64,000 nucleotides of DNA from NCBI GenBank assembly GCA_030704615.1, contig CM060734.1:4898001-4962000 (forward strand). Reading direction: 5' to 3'. Of the stretch, positions 26,405 to 40,329 are shown piece by piece (position 1 is the first letter of the stretch; each line of letters starts with the position of its first letter). The notes below the pieces were generated by a model, which saw nothing but the letters and a program-made list of their open reading frames with translations, did no database searches and was not told the DNA's origin. Source of the DNA: Takakia lepidozioides (taxonomy: Eukaryota > Plantae > Bryophyta). The position numbers were made by a program, and so were the translations under genes.

Positions 26405-29400
26405 TCAAGAACTATTGGAGGTTTCAGAGGAACTACTTCCAGAGTCTGTAGCAATATCATCTATGAACATAGCAGCCCCTCCTTGACGTTTTTTTTCTCC
26501 GCGACCCCCATGGAGAGGCGAATACATTGTTTGTTGGGACAACACCCGTGCGCAAGCTTCCGCGTAAACCGGCAAGCGGTAAGCTCTAGGGGGACTCGGG
26601 GACATGTAGTATCCTTGGAAACCGAAAGGTGTCTGCGTATTCGATGACGCATGCCGAACTCTGGAAAGCAAGAAGAGAAATGGTGTAGCAACAGGGTCAG
26701 CTACCTGCACAAGCACCTGCTGTGGTATTGGTACCACTGGCCCTTCTACCACTGGCATCTCCTGCACCCCCTGCGAAGAAGACTGAAAAATTAGAGTCTT
26801 GGCATGTAAATAAGTAGCCATCAGCTGCTCCTCAAGAACAAAGACTCTCTTGTCAATATTTGAACTCAGGTCATCCACTTGAGTCTGCAGGCCTTCCACA
26901 TCCTCCTGTAGCTCCGCTATTCTACTATAGACATTGTCTATAGTAGTTGTGGCAATATTCTGCACCTGCAATCTGAGCTCATTCATCTTGCCCTGGGTGA
27001 GCTTCCGTGGTGCTTTGCCTTCTACCGGCCCTTGTGCTAACCAGACCTGCATAAGGTGGTTATCCACCAAGTCCTGTGTGGCACCCCTGAGAGTCTGCTC
27101 CTTCGTGAGTCTGTACACATCTAACTGGCTGTAAAGCCTCCATGCGCTTCGCATGAGGTTCAACTAGGCCCGCATAGGCAGCAGCCAGATTATTGGCTTC
27201 CTTCCAAGCCTTGTTAGCCACAGAGAGTTCATTTCTATTGACCATGATTGTTTGTTGCAACTCCAGGATATACCTCTCCTGGTCAGCCTCAACCTGTCTG
27301 TATTATTTGAAAGTATTCTCATTGCAACAGATTGTATCATTCATATCAACAATGAGTTTCCCTTCCTCTATTATCTCAGCTTCTGCCCTCATACATCTCT
27401 CCCCTTGTCTGTTAACTTCTAATGCAGTTTGCTCTAGAGCAGTTGTGAGTGTAGCACATTGTATGGTCATCTTCTGATGTACTGCCTCCAACTCTGTATG
27501 TAGTACGTTCACTTCTTGCAACTTGCCCTCATGCTTCACCTGCAATTAGTATAACTGTTGCTTATGTGCTTCATGAAACTGGTCCTGCTCGAGACATGCT
27601 TCAATCAAATGTCCCTTGGCCAACTACAAGGCAGCATTTGTGTCCTCCAACTCTTGCTGTAACTTGAGATTGACCTCCTCATCTACCTTGTTAGCACACT
27701 GAGTGGCAATTTGAGCCTCAAACTCCTTCCTGAGTTCCTCCCTCAAAGCTGCCAATTGGGTAGATGGAACATGGGATTTTACATAAGTGCCCAACAAATT
27801 AAGTGTCCTGCTTATGGAACTCATAAGCATGGCCTGCTGGGGGTCATCATGGTGAACTTGTTGCTGTTCTCCCTGATCCTCCATAGTGTGATGCTTCACC
27901 AATCATTCAGGCCATTGCCCCACCAGATCCTCTTCCTGAACCACCTCATCCACCATAGGTGCTGCAGTGTCATTATATTTTACCCTGGTACCTCCATCAC
28001 AGGTGTGGGTATTACATGCACAGCAGGGATTTCCCTGAACAAATTTTGCACCTCTGCAACCACTGATTCCCTTATCAAGCCAGAGTTTTCATAGAAAAAG
28101 TCACCCTTCTCAATTTCTGCCATGACCTGCTTGGGAATGTCCAACCTTTCTCCGTCCAAAGCAATCGGGGGTGGTGTCACAGTATGTTCTAACTGTGGAA
28201 CCTCTGAGGCAACTGAGTCAACTGGTACCAAAGTGACTTCTTCCTCCCTCTCCAAAGGCCGTGCTTCCAATAATAATAGCCTTCTGTGCTGTTGTGCCCC
28301 ATCCTGCACAAGAGCTTGGGAAACATCATCTTGCGGTTTCCGTGAAGCCAGTGGATCTGCCACTACAGTCATACCCCGCTTCTATCTCTTAGATTGGTGT
28401 TGCCCTGCTAGTCCACCCTCACTATGTGAAGAGCCCTGCTCTTCAATTGTAGTGGTTACTGCCTCAAACACTCCCATCTCCTTACGTTCCCGAGTATCAA
28501 GTATGCAAGAGTCAAGAATGATTTGGGCAATGACTGGACTAGATACAATGATTGGAGACTTAGTAGCAGTGCCCTGTAACCTCTTCATCTCGTCCACCAG
28601 ACCATTGTACATTAACTCCGCCCAAGCTACATCCTCTCCCCTCAAAGCTTTCAGGATCTCCTCTGTGAATGATCTGCTCAAATATTGTTGGTTCTGTTTC
28701 ATGGCAAACAGAACGTTCAATATTTGGCCAACTTCTCTGAGCCCTGGGTACTCAGCTTTGGTACAAGCGTAACCTTGAGTCTTAAAGAAACTCCTTTCTT
28801 GGAACAAATTCCCTATCTGCAATCTTGCCCTGTGCTCATCCACATCCACATGACCTGATGGCAAATCAAACAATTGCTGCAAATACTTGGGAGTAATTTC
28901 TATATCTACTCCCCTCACCTGGGTAACTCCCGTCCGAGGCTCAAAGTTATGAAGAAATTGAATCATATACTGCCGATGATGCAAGGACCAGTTCTTGCGT
29001 AGCATCCCCTCCAATTGCAACTCCCTCAGCAGCTGCACTGCCTGCGGTGTAGCAATTGTTTGCTTCTGCAGAATCGTGGTGCTCTTCACCCTGATATCCT
29101 CCATTCCCCTCACTCTCTTCATTCTAGACAAACAAAAAGGCCTTGTTTGAAATAGCTGAAGGAAAGCTTGCAGGGCACAGAGCATAAAGGTATGGTTGAC
29201 ATAGAATGGAACAGGTAAGTGCGTGTAAGCCTGTGGGGCTTGCAAGTATCGAGTGAGAGAAAATGTACTCTCAATTTGTCCGTCCTTGCGCCACTGCGTG
29301 AGAAGTAAAGCGAGCGTGTAATCCATTACATCCGCCATAGCTACAAAGCTAGTGCTTTGATTGCCCCTCCCGTTGAGACACTGGCTATTCGGAGCCACCC

Positions 29401-30124
29401 CGACTCTTCCGCTCATAACACTTCCTATTTCTTGTTCTTGTTTCTTGGAGGGAACCACCTGCATGTAATTCTCACTCCTGATTGGCTGTTGCCTGCTTAG
29501 GTAACTTCTTAATTCCACCCCCCTCCGTGGACATTCCCACCTGGAATGTCCAGTAGGACAGCACATGTGGCATAGGTCCCTCTTTTCTGTACTCGGAAAG
29601 GGTTCCGTTACCCTTGCTCTGAATGCATTAATGGGCCCACAAATAGTCTTAGCTGATGTTCCGGGTAGGTACTTTGACAGCCCGATTTGTCCTCTTGCAT
29701 GATGAGACCCACTCTTGCAATTTATGCAATGCGGTGTGCTTCGCCTTAGTGGCCACGTGTCCGTTTTTAGACATGCCCCCGCCTTCCCCTCTCCGCGTGG
29801 CATATTCTCCGAGTTTGACTTCCAAACTTCTTCTTCACTTGACGTCCACTTTTCTGACGTTAACCCGCGTCCAGCTGTCACTGACCCAATGGACTGTGTA
29901 ACCCGTATGGGCTGTGTTGGGCTGTGACAGGCTGTGTGGCACTGTGGTGGGTTGTGATAGGCTGTGTGACACTGTGATGGGCTGTGATAAGCTGTGTCAC
30001 ACTCTGATGGGTTGTGATAGGCTGTGTGGTACTGTGGTGGGCTGTGATAGGCTGTGATATCTATGCGAACACCTGTACTTCCCACCCTGGTCATACACGC
30101 TTGGCTTAGCGACAAGTGCTCCAT
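26405..30124 (-). CDS. Extra ORFs downstream of pol in a non-chromoviral gypsy element (Athila/Tat-type accessory domain plus coiled-coil ORFs, partly disrupted)
   Basis: 580-aa ORF with a CxxC/CCHC-like region and LQLEGML...QFLHNF...VRGVDIEITPKYLQQLFDLPSG, which resembles plant retrotransposon accessory domains. It is followed by stop-interrupted coiled-coil ORFs on the same strand as the integrase. Confidence 0.5.
29905..30060. repeat. 30-bp minisatellite (about 5 units)
   Basis: GGCTGTGTGGCACTGTGGTGGGTTGTGATA variants, encoding HTAYHxPxQC repeats on the minus strand. Confidence 0.85.
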
Positions 30125-30315
30125 ACTCCGTTGGTATCACTGGTGCAGCCCGTGACTGTTTTTGTGTTTCAACATGCAAATCGTGCTGCAAATGGTTTGT
30201 CATGGATACCACTGTACCCCTTCAACTTATTGGCATTGACTCTTCCCAGCATTTCTTTGTTAATGGTTTGTAACATGGTGGTGTTATTATCATACATCTT
30301 CTGTATGACATAAGG

Positions 30316-30779
30316 TCATTTCCATGGTGATTTAAGCTTAGAAGCTTTAATCTTCCCCTTCTTCTGCAACCACAGTACCAAATCTCCCGTCTTAAAAGTC
30401 TTTAATTTACCTTCATCAAACTGATCCTTCCTCTTCATCTGAATTCTGGTCATGTTATCAGCTGAATCAGCACGTACTTCTTCCACATGGTATAACTCAT
30501 GTTTCCTGACCTTAATTGAATCTTCCAATTCCATTCTCCTTCCCCATTCAGTTCTCATGGTAGGTAACAAGAATTCCACTGGAAGTAAAGCTTCCATACC
30601 ATAAACTAATTGGAATGGTGTATACTTAGTGGTGACTTTATATGAAGTCCTGTATGACCACAAAGCTGTCAGCAGCTTTGTATCCCAATCTGTTCTGTTT
30701 GCATTGACTATCTTAGCCAAGATATTACATAATATTTTGTTGGTCGCCTCTGCCTGCCCATTACCCTGTGGGTAATAAG
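30316..30779 (-). pseudogene. Gypsy integrase, C-terminal half (separated from its N-terminal half by the MULE)
   Basis: YYPQGNGQAEATNKIL...DWD..L..ALWSYRTSYKVTTKYTPFQLVYG continues the frame that breaks at ...HRKSTTYY (54614). Confidence 0.9.
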
Positions 30780-33349
30780 GGGGGCTGTTATTTCATGAGC
30801 GGCATGAGCATGAGCAGGAAAAAAAAAAGCATGAGCGGGCCATTGTCTGTCCACGGAAATAGGGTTAGGAGGCACGGAAATAGGGTCATGTGGACTCGTC
30901 ATAGCAATGAAATGCAACATTTTATTGCAAATTTTGTGGCAAGCCACGTCTATACAAGTGTGTCCTAACTGTCATAGCAGGAATGGGAACTACTCTCCTA
31001 CACCTTCCGAGGAACTTGGCCCTCCTTCTTCCTCATCCCCCTCATCCCCCCCATCCTCCGAGCTCTGTGATGCATCGGTTGCAGTATGCCTCTCAAAAAT
31101 GCCGTCCTCTCCTTGGGGGACTGTCAACCTCACCTCCTGGGAATCTTCTGCCTCTTCTCCCCCACTTTCCTCAGCAGAATCCAAGACAAATCTACGAGCC
31201 CGACGGGCTCTAATAGCTGCTGCCTCCTCCCTCATCTTCATTTTCATGAGGCTTGCCTCATCTAAAATCTGCTGTACACGACTAGGTTCGGAACACCTCC
31301 TAATGGACACCGAAGCAAGCCGGGCAGCATAAGTAGGAAGGATGTAGTCCCTTTCTGGACTAGGCATGAAATCCCCCCTGGCAAAAAAAGGCACATTCCT
31401 CCTGCCCATGAACTCCGGTGTAGATGTCCCTCCTGTCGTATTTGGCATCCTACAGTAAGAACAAATCCACTTCAAGAATGTCAATACCAGCAAAAGCAGA
31501 AAGGGTTTTCAATGAAATAAGAGAGCGAAGGGAGGTGCCTCACGAAATCTGGAGGCAACTTACAATGTGACCACTCACTCGTACACCGGGGGCTCCTCGG
31601 CCTCGATCTGAACTTGTTCCTCCCCCTGCTCCTTCTCGGATTTTTCCTCATCCTCCGAGGATGCCTTTTCCTCTTTTGGCAGACGTTCAGCCGCTGCAAG
31701 TTCCGAGTTGTGGAGGGCAGTATCTGGCTCGAAGGCGAACACATGCCTGTCGGACAACGTCCCTGCCCACATTGAAGTACCTGAGGAACAAAGCGGGCGG
31801 TTAATAGCTTGCGGCATGCAATTGCAATCGGGCCAGGGGACAAACTGAGCACGTGAAGGCTTACCCGTGCCGCATGTGAAGTCTAGAATCCGCCCTTGGA
31901 CATCCGAGCACGTCTCCATGAGGGTTTGGATGAAAGCAGAGCTCCGGGTCCGGCTGTACCGCCACGGTTTGCCTGTCTTTGTGTCCTTCGGCATACTGGA
32001 GTGGGGCACATAGTTGTAGAGGACATCGTAGGTAACAGGGTCCACAGCGGCATCAACAAGACGACCGTCGTTGCGGAATTTGAACGTAGACCCTCTCTTC
32101 ACAAAGCAATATGCCTCAAACACCAATGTCTGCACATCCAACAAAAGAGGGATCAACTCCGGGATCTAGTTTAGATACACCACAATATGAGGTGAATGCA
32201 ATAAATTGATAACTTACACTTTGGCCCTCTGTTTGCAACCCCTGTGTATTGATGCAGAACCATTTTCTGAGGAGGACCGGGGTGACACTTTTCGGTGTCC
32301 ATCTTGCCACCGCATTCTCTGTGGCCTTCCCTCTTGTGGCAAGGACAACCACACATCCACCGTCATCCAGGAGCATCCCCGCCAGCCCAAACCCGGCTTT
32401 CCAGTAGTCCTCAGTAAACTTGTTCTTGGTGGGCACACCATCCAGGCCCTCCAGCAGCTCCCCATTTGGAATGTCGAGGAGAATCATATCGCAAGCTCTC
32501 TCCACCTCAACCCCCCCCCCCGAGTGCTCTTGCAATCCGTGCTCACAGCCGTGAAGAATTCCATCATGGCTTCAAAACCAGGGGTGTCTTTAGGCTCTGT
32601 ACCGGCAGCCCTCTTCTTGGCTTTCCCCTTCTGCTCCGCCAGAGACTTGCTGTGTGCCACCTTCTTTGCCCTGGCAGCGAGAGCGTCAAGGAAGCTCTCA
32701 TTGACGCATTGGATGATGGTTGGAGGTTCTAGCTTTGGCCTGTGCGTAAACGTCACCGCCGAATACCGCCGTGTAGGCTCGCCCTCAAATGCCAACTTCT
32801 TGGCAGAGCCAGTCCCACTCCGAACTGACTTGGGAACCCGGACGACTGGTGACTTGGTAGCAGCAATAGCAGTCGCAGGACCTTGAACAAAGTCGTCGTT
32901 CGAGTCACTCCCTTGGGTCCCCTCCTGCGCCTCCTCCGATGCCCCGATGGTTTTCTGTTTTTTGGGCGTTACTGTACTCACCTGTTTCCTTGTCCTTTTC
33001 CTTTGGCCTTTATACTTCTCATTCAATTTCTCCTGAATTCCTGCCTGAGCAAGCTCTGCCGCTTTCCTGGAGTTCGCAAGCGCTTTTGCCTCTTTTGCAC
33101 CCAGCGGAGGCAGCGGAGCCCGGTTTCGTCGGGCCTCAGCATCCAGCTTCAATTGAAACTCAGATGGGTCGAGCGAGCCGGGCGGAAGGTCCACATACCA
33201 AGGGCAATCACGCAAATGTTCCAGATGCCACTCCTTCACAATATCGTCAGTGTACATGGAGTCAGCCCCAGGGTTCCTCCATGCCAGGAAGAATGGTGGC
33301 TCGAAAGACAGATGACCTTTCTCCAAAAGGGAGAACTTGCAGTACCTGC

Positions 33350-33830
33350 ATTCATGAAAAACACAATGAGGTCCCCGAACTGCAAATTCGGCACCATTTT
33401 CCCAAGTTGGGGCGGATCTGACTGGGCCTAGAAATGAAAAAATGGCGCCGAATTTCGGTTTTTGGTGACTGCCACCCTAGGGACTTAGCCATCTTGGGAG
33501 CCCGGAACTGGAAATTCGGCACCATTTTTCCCGGTTTGGCCCGAAAATGGCTAAGTTCCAAAACTGCCAGGGCCTAAAACTCGAAAAATGGCACCGAATT
33601 TCGGTTTTTTGTGCCATCCACCCTAGGGACTTAGCCATTTTCGGAGCCCTGAACTGGAAATTCGGCGCCATTTTCCCATTTCCGGCCCGAAAATGGCCAA
33701 GTCCCAGAACGGTAATAGGGCCTAGAACTGGAAAAATGGCGCCCAATTTCCAGTTCAGGGCCAGCCACCCTAGGGACTTAGCCATTTTCGGAGCCCTGAA
33801 CTGGAAATTCGGCGCCATTTTCCCAAAGAC
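33350..33830. repeat. Intronic tandem array (about 120-150-bp units) with alternating AAATGGCGCCGAATTTC / GAAATTCGGCGCCATTTT motifs
   Basis: Three copies of CCACCCTAGGGACTTAGCCAT.TT.GGAGCCC.GAACTGGAAATTCGGC.CCATTTT plus inverted motif copies, in the intron before the exon GTASSPFLEKG. Confidence 0.85.
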
Positions 33831-36089
33831 CAATTTTCATGCGCCACATGAGGCCTCTAACATCCTGAAATGCAAGGACTTGAAAGGAAGGCATCGCGTA
33901 TGTACCTGTACAGAAGGCGCATTGCTGCTTTGTCCGCGTTCGGCTGGTTGGTGAACTCGTGGCTCCGGTGGGCATGGGGTATCTCCCGAAAGAATAGGTC
34001 AGTTTTGTAGAGCAGAAAGTACCTCGTCAAATAGTCGCGTAGGCTCTCTGCTGCAGGAGAAATCTCCATCTTGAACTGATGTGCTTGTGTTTCCAGCTGC
34101 TCTTCCGCATTCGTCGTCACCTGTGGAGATTCTCCATCAGATCGCTTTCCTCAAAAAATACAATGAATCCACCCCCTACAAGAGTAGAAGCGCCAAACAA
34201 AGCGTGGGGAAGTACCTGAAACCACCATGTCATGCAGTTCATCCACATGTCGAATGTGGGGTCAGACACTTTGTCCGGTTTGGGGAAGCTCCACATGTCC
34301 CTTGTACTTTGGGAACCATTCCAGATTTGGAGCCACCGGGTCTGTCCAACCACCCAGCATATTCGTAAGCGCCAAACACCACAAAAACGAGTTGTTGCCA
34401 CCACAATTTGGTTAAGAATGTATCACATTTTCTGTTGCATCCACACAGGATGTGGCTAGACGATGGAGCTTCTCCAATGTCATCGTGGGCTTCAGAGTGC
34501 GGGAGTAGTGCTTCCCCACCTCCACTAGAAAGTCGGCACCAAGGGTGGGATCAGTTATGGCCACGTACTTTACCATCCGCGACTTGTACTTTATGCGGGC
34601 CCTGGCCTCCGCAGCTTTGAGATACGATTCGAGTGCCGGGAGGGTTAGATTCTTCTCCTCTGACTCCATGTAGAACCTCCACACATGTGCCAAATCCTGC
34701 TGAATTTTCGTCTGTCAAGAATGCGCACATAAGATTAGAGATCCTGCTCAACACTTTTTCTTCTATTGGGGGAGGAGAGACACATTAGCTCAACAAAACA
34801 GTGAGGAGCTTTACCCAAAATATGTAGTCCACCATGGCGTCCATGCTCAGCCTATACCAGGTTCTGTCTGCCTTTGCCTCCGACTTGCGCAGGAGGTCGG
34901 CACTGAGCGAATTGGCAAACTCTTGCACCCCCTGCTTCCCGACATCCTTCACTCGGAAGAGCATATGGGACAAGTTGGTGGCAATGAAGGCATTCTCAGT
35001 CACCCTGCAATGTCACATTTCCATCAAACAATACTGAAATGGGAATTTTCAACAAATATGAGGATTCGCAATGAAATGACTTACAATCGGATGGGTCCAA
35101 AAGCAAGAGGCGTTGTAACTTACGAGTTGATGTCCGCCATTGCAGCTTTGAGAAGACTACGATCTTTGGGCCCCGCAACCTTCAGCACAACACACTCCAC
35201 GGCAAAATGCCAATCGAGGTCGTTGGGGTGGGCTTCGGCTATGTGCTCCATCCATGCCAGGAGGCGATGATTGCCGTCCCATACGTAAAACATCTTACCG
35301 GACAAGTGCTGGAAAAGAGGATCAGTAGCAATCGTTCTCTCGAACTCCTCATTTCGCCTTTGCCAATGGGGACCCCATTTGTCCACCTCATCGGAAGTGT
35401 GGGCACGGGAAGCTCCGTGGTCGTTCTCAATGGAAACGTAAAACGCAGCAGACCCCATTCGATATCCATCCCGGAAAGAGAATTTCAGCTTGTCGATATC
35501 GCCTGGGAGCAACGACGCAATGGCATGAGCGCGCGAGCGTACGCTCACGCAGGAGTGACGTGGCGTGAGCGTCATGTCAGCATGCTGATGTGGCGGTAAA
35601 TGATGACGTGGCACTGTCCGTCATCTGCCACGTCAGCATTAACATGCGCCGCCTATAACCGTGGATGGTCCTATGACCGTGGAATTAATGCAGCGAATCT
35701 TGCCTAAATAGAATCAAGACGAGCGTTGAGGCCTACAATTGCAGCATCCAACATTGTGCAATTACAAATGCTTGTTTCACTTTTACAATTACGAGGACGA
35801 AAAAATATCCTCACAAAGTGTGCGCCATAAAGGCTGCCACGGGAAGACCTTCCTCCCTCCTCAAATAACAATGAGAGTTAGGATCATCTTCAAAAAATGA
35901 TTGTAGTGCATAGCGACAGCAAGACATGTAGACTTCGAACGGTGCAATGACAAATGTGCACTACCTAAAAGTTGTCACTCAAAGCTCACTCCGTATAGTT
36001 GGAGGCCATATCATTGCACCGCCGACGAATTGATGTGAATTACACATTTCAAATCATGGTCGTCCACATACCACATTGCATAGTTGATG

Positions 36090-39000
36090 CTACCCATGTG
36101 TTGTATCCCGCTGCAAAAGAGTATCGACCTCGTTGAAACTCATAGTGGCCTGGTGAATGAAGTTGTCACGTTTGGGATCGCAAACCATCCTCTTCAAAAA
36201 TATGAAATACAAATGTTTGCAGGGTATGAATTTACCTCTCTTGCCCAAACTGGTTGATAGCATATTCACAAAATCAGGACATGTGCAATTGGGGAAATTG
36301 AAAACCGTGATGTCGTAGGTCCTGTCATGAACAACAAATGTGGAAGTGATGATTGTGAATACCCGACCATATCCTGGATCGGGTACTTCCGTGGTGCTTC
36401 CAACACGAGCTTGGAGCATTCTTGCGGACTCCACTTTGCCAAAGTGTTCAGCGGTTGGAGGGAAACGCCGAACGAGCTTTCCATCTCGTTTGGTTGGCCA
36501 CAAGTCAGGATTTGCCGGGGGACCCGGGAGGACGCAGAAGTAGTAGCACATGCATGGAGTTGGGGTTGTCTCGCAAGGGAAAAATCTGCCTCCTCCAGCA
36601 TTTCAATCTCCTGAAAGCTGAGATGTGTTCCCACCTTCACGGGCCAAACGGTTGGAGGAGATGGCTTCATCACTACGGAAGGACGCACAGTTCCATGCAC
36701 ACATCTGGCACAATCATCTGCGCAGAACCAGAACTTGTGGTTCTTGGCTTCTGGTTGACCGTATGGACGCATCAAGCCCGTGAAAGTCGGAGTAGGAGTT
36801 CGGGCACCACCTCTGGATATAGATGAAGTGCACTTCTCGAAATTAGTTGCCCTGATCGCTGTACATTTCACACGAGACCCTACACTTGTGCGTTCTATGT
36901 ACCAAACGTGGTCGGGGCATGCGGACTCAAGCACATCAAGGGGGTTGTTTCTCTCCTGCACCATTTCAGTGGCACTGTTTGATGCTGGAGCTTGCCGTCG
37001 TGTTGGAGGTTCCTCCACAATGGAGGTTCCGGACATGGAGCTGTCATGAAGGGGAACACGAGGCTTCAAGAAGTTATCACGGTCTGCCCTGTGGGAATCT
37101 GAATCCGAACGAAGTGGAGTGTTCAATTTCCTCTTACAGGAGCCGAATCTCTCCTCCCCTTCAAGATGTGGAACTCTAGAAACAAGTGGCGTTCCCTGGG
37201 CATACATGCTCACCGCCCGTGCTATCTTGATTGGATCCCCAGATCTGTTTGCAGCACGCAACATCAACTCCCATTTGTCCGGACCCTTGCCACCAACCCC
37301 ACCTCGTAAGAAATCACGGTATCAGGTTTGTTGTTGCAAGGCACGTATCAAATCATCTGTTGTTGCCACATACAAATCCCGACCTCGTTTCCCATACTGC
37401 TGCAACCATGCGTTGTGCACAGTTTCTGCCAAATTGCAAGATGGCATGTCCGCCATTTCCTCAATGGACATGTTCTGCAAAGTGCAGAACCACACTTCAA
37501 AACAGTGAACAGAAAACAACATAAAGAAAGCGAGGACACAATAAAATGGAAAGCAAATGTATGAAAAAACAATAAATATAAGCCTCGTACCAATGGCATG
37601 GCTGCTCCCCACTGTCTATACCGGAAGTGCCAAAACGCCAGCCAATCTTCCAATGCTCTCATACTCTCAAGTGATGCAGCTCCAGAAGAAAACCACCAGG
37701 CACGAATTGTCTGGAACAAAGTGTCCGCCTCCTTCATTGTTCTAGCATCTTTGTACTCTTTGCACAATTTACGGTGCTGAGTCTGCATCTCTGGTTTGAT
37801 GTCCGACTTTGTATGTTTTTCCAGAGATTGTGTCCAATGGAATAGACATGTACGCTCTCTTCCTCGCATTGGACTTTTGGGTCGCCCGATCCGAAGACAA
37901 TACGAACAGCATTGAAATTTGCTTGAGCACTATCCATGAAACCTGCAAAATTTGGAGATGGCAGCCCATGGCAGCCCATGACACGTATCAGGGAATTCCA
38001 CATGAGCTTATGGGATTCCGTATCCTCGGATTGCATGTCACAAACTGCAATTGTCATAACTCGTTGATACACTGGATCGTAGACATGACAAGCCATTGTT
38101 GTCCAATCCTTCACTCGTTTCACATGATCAAACATAAGAAAACAGTTCTGCAAGTCCCCAGTCTTCTGCATCCGCTTCACGAGGCTAACCCCACTGCCCT
38201 CCCCAACAGTCGACATTTTGAAAAAAAAACTTTGATGGCACCTTGACCTGGGAATACATTGTCCTGGATGTAATCGTACTTGCTCACTCGTTTCAATTCC
38301 AAAATATTGTCTATGTAGCCTCCTGATCCCAGAGCCCATTCTCAATGCATTGATCTGATGACGAATGTTCGGTGAACTTAAAGTGGAGAAATGATCCATG
38401 ACCAGGTCCAATGCTGCACTGTCAAGTTTTCTCCCGAACTCCTGTTTAATCAACCTCGATACGGATCCTCAACACTCTCCCTGTAATCCCCCTTCGAGAC
38501 AGGATGGTTATGGAATCCGAAATGCACACAAGCTCTTGTCATTGTTTTCAAACGGTGGACACATAGTACATTCTTGCTCCGCAGAGCGCCCAAGCAGGAT
38601 GGCACAAGTTTGCAGAATTTGCAGACGAAAGTGTTTGCCGGTGGAGGGGCAGTCCCGGCTGAAATGGATTTTCCGCCAGACCCTCCCATTCCGCTCTTGA
38701 TTATGAACCCCAGACTGAAGAAAGTGTCTGCAAGTCACTATAATCATACCTAAGGGGTCCATTGCAAACTGTCCTCCTGAAAACAAGCTTGTCATCATTC
38801 TGAATATTGGATGTTTTTGTTCTGTACCACGGGTGCCCGTCGTGTTTCTTGTCCATTCCATGCATCATGATTGTTACACCTCCAACTCGCGGAGGAGGAG
38901 GCAGCTCGAATAGGATATCGCCATCAAAAGTCTCCGGCAAGAAACTTCATAGGCACCTGCTTCAAAGATTCCCAATCAATTCCCGCAAACTCACTTTTGA

Positions 39001-39510
39001 ATCCAGCCATTCCTCCCATCGCCCGCGCATTTTGGAATGACACTACAAATCTCTTCTTCATCAGCTTCTCCAACCACAGTAGGAAGGACCGGATTGGAAT
39101 TTCACTTATGTCATCATCGGAAGAATCCGAAAACTCGACGATTGGAGTGGAGGACGTCTGTTTTTTTTCACCACCACCTCCCTCTTGTCTTCAACGACCG
39201 AAGCAGCAGTCCCGAGCGTCACATATGACCCAAGGGACTTTTGCTGAGGCGCTCCAAGTACTCTGTATCGACCAGGACGCACTCTCCACTGGCTGATATG
39301 AGCCGTCTCATCACGGTTTTGGAAAGAGTATTTCAACAACTTCCCTTTAAGATCGTACACCTCTTTCTCCAAAAAGATGGAGCCATTTGCAAGCTGAAAA
39401 CGGGTAGCCAAGACATGTTCCAGAACAATCGCAAATCCATTGTCAAGGACTTCCTGGGAGAACGGCACTGGTTTGTCGTCAGAGAAGAACTCCGCTTCAG
39501 AGGAAGCCAT
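36090..39510 (-). pseudogene. MULE transposase of the inner element (GCM/WRKY-like Zn finger, DDE core, SWIM finger), frameshifted
   Basis: DKKHDGHPW...CKFCKLVPSC...C...HFGFHNH; MFDHVKR...GFMDSAQANF...CLFHW...NLAETVH; CTCPDF...PCKHLYFIF. Confidence 0.85.
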
Positions 39511-40329
39511 CTCCTTCCTCGCGTACGTTTGTACCTTGCTATTGCAGATCTAGTGTAAATTGGTTTACTGATGTCTCTAGAACACAGTTGAAGAATGAGC
39601 AAAGAATATGGCGGAGGAAGCTCAGACAACGACTGTCATATATGTTATTCTTTCCAGATATGCAGCCGTCCATTTTAATTACTTTTCTTGTGGGCCAGTG
39701 GTCAGAGTATCCCTAGGAGTAGTGTCGGTAGCTGTTAAACCGTTAACCAGAACCTCATCAATAAACCCAATAACAAAGCGACTTCCTGGAAGCATGCCAC
39801 AGGATCTGAGGATGGGATTGCAGATTAAGTAAATGTATCTTTATACTACTACCAATGATCATGGCGCACCTGGAAAGTTCCAAATGTGAAACGAATGTGG
39901 GGTTTGGCTAACAATGATGATCGTGTATGATATTCCAAGATTTGTCATCAAACTTTCGTTCATTTACATTTATTTGTGTAAGACTGTGCGCCAAGATTTC
40001 TGGGATTCGCTGTTATTTTTAAATATTGAAACCGTTCTAATAAAGAACACGCCGTTTATTTGGGCGACACACGTCAGACATCCATAACTGAAATACGAAC
40101 AGCTGTAACCAATTGCTAGCATGTGCACTAATAAGGGAACGACTATGTGTAACGGTCACGCGAGAGGGAATCCGATGCTTCTAGAGACAACGCAAGAACG
40201 CAGGCAATCCCGCAGAAATCGGGAGTCACTGCGTTTTTCTGCTTTTCGCGCTTAGAGAGAGAGTGGTAGTCAAGCTGGAGGGGTTCCTCTACAATACGAA
40301 AGAGAAGAAAATCTCTTTTATTTTACTTC

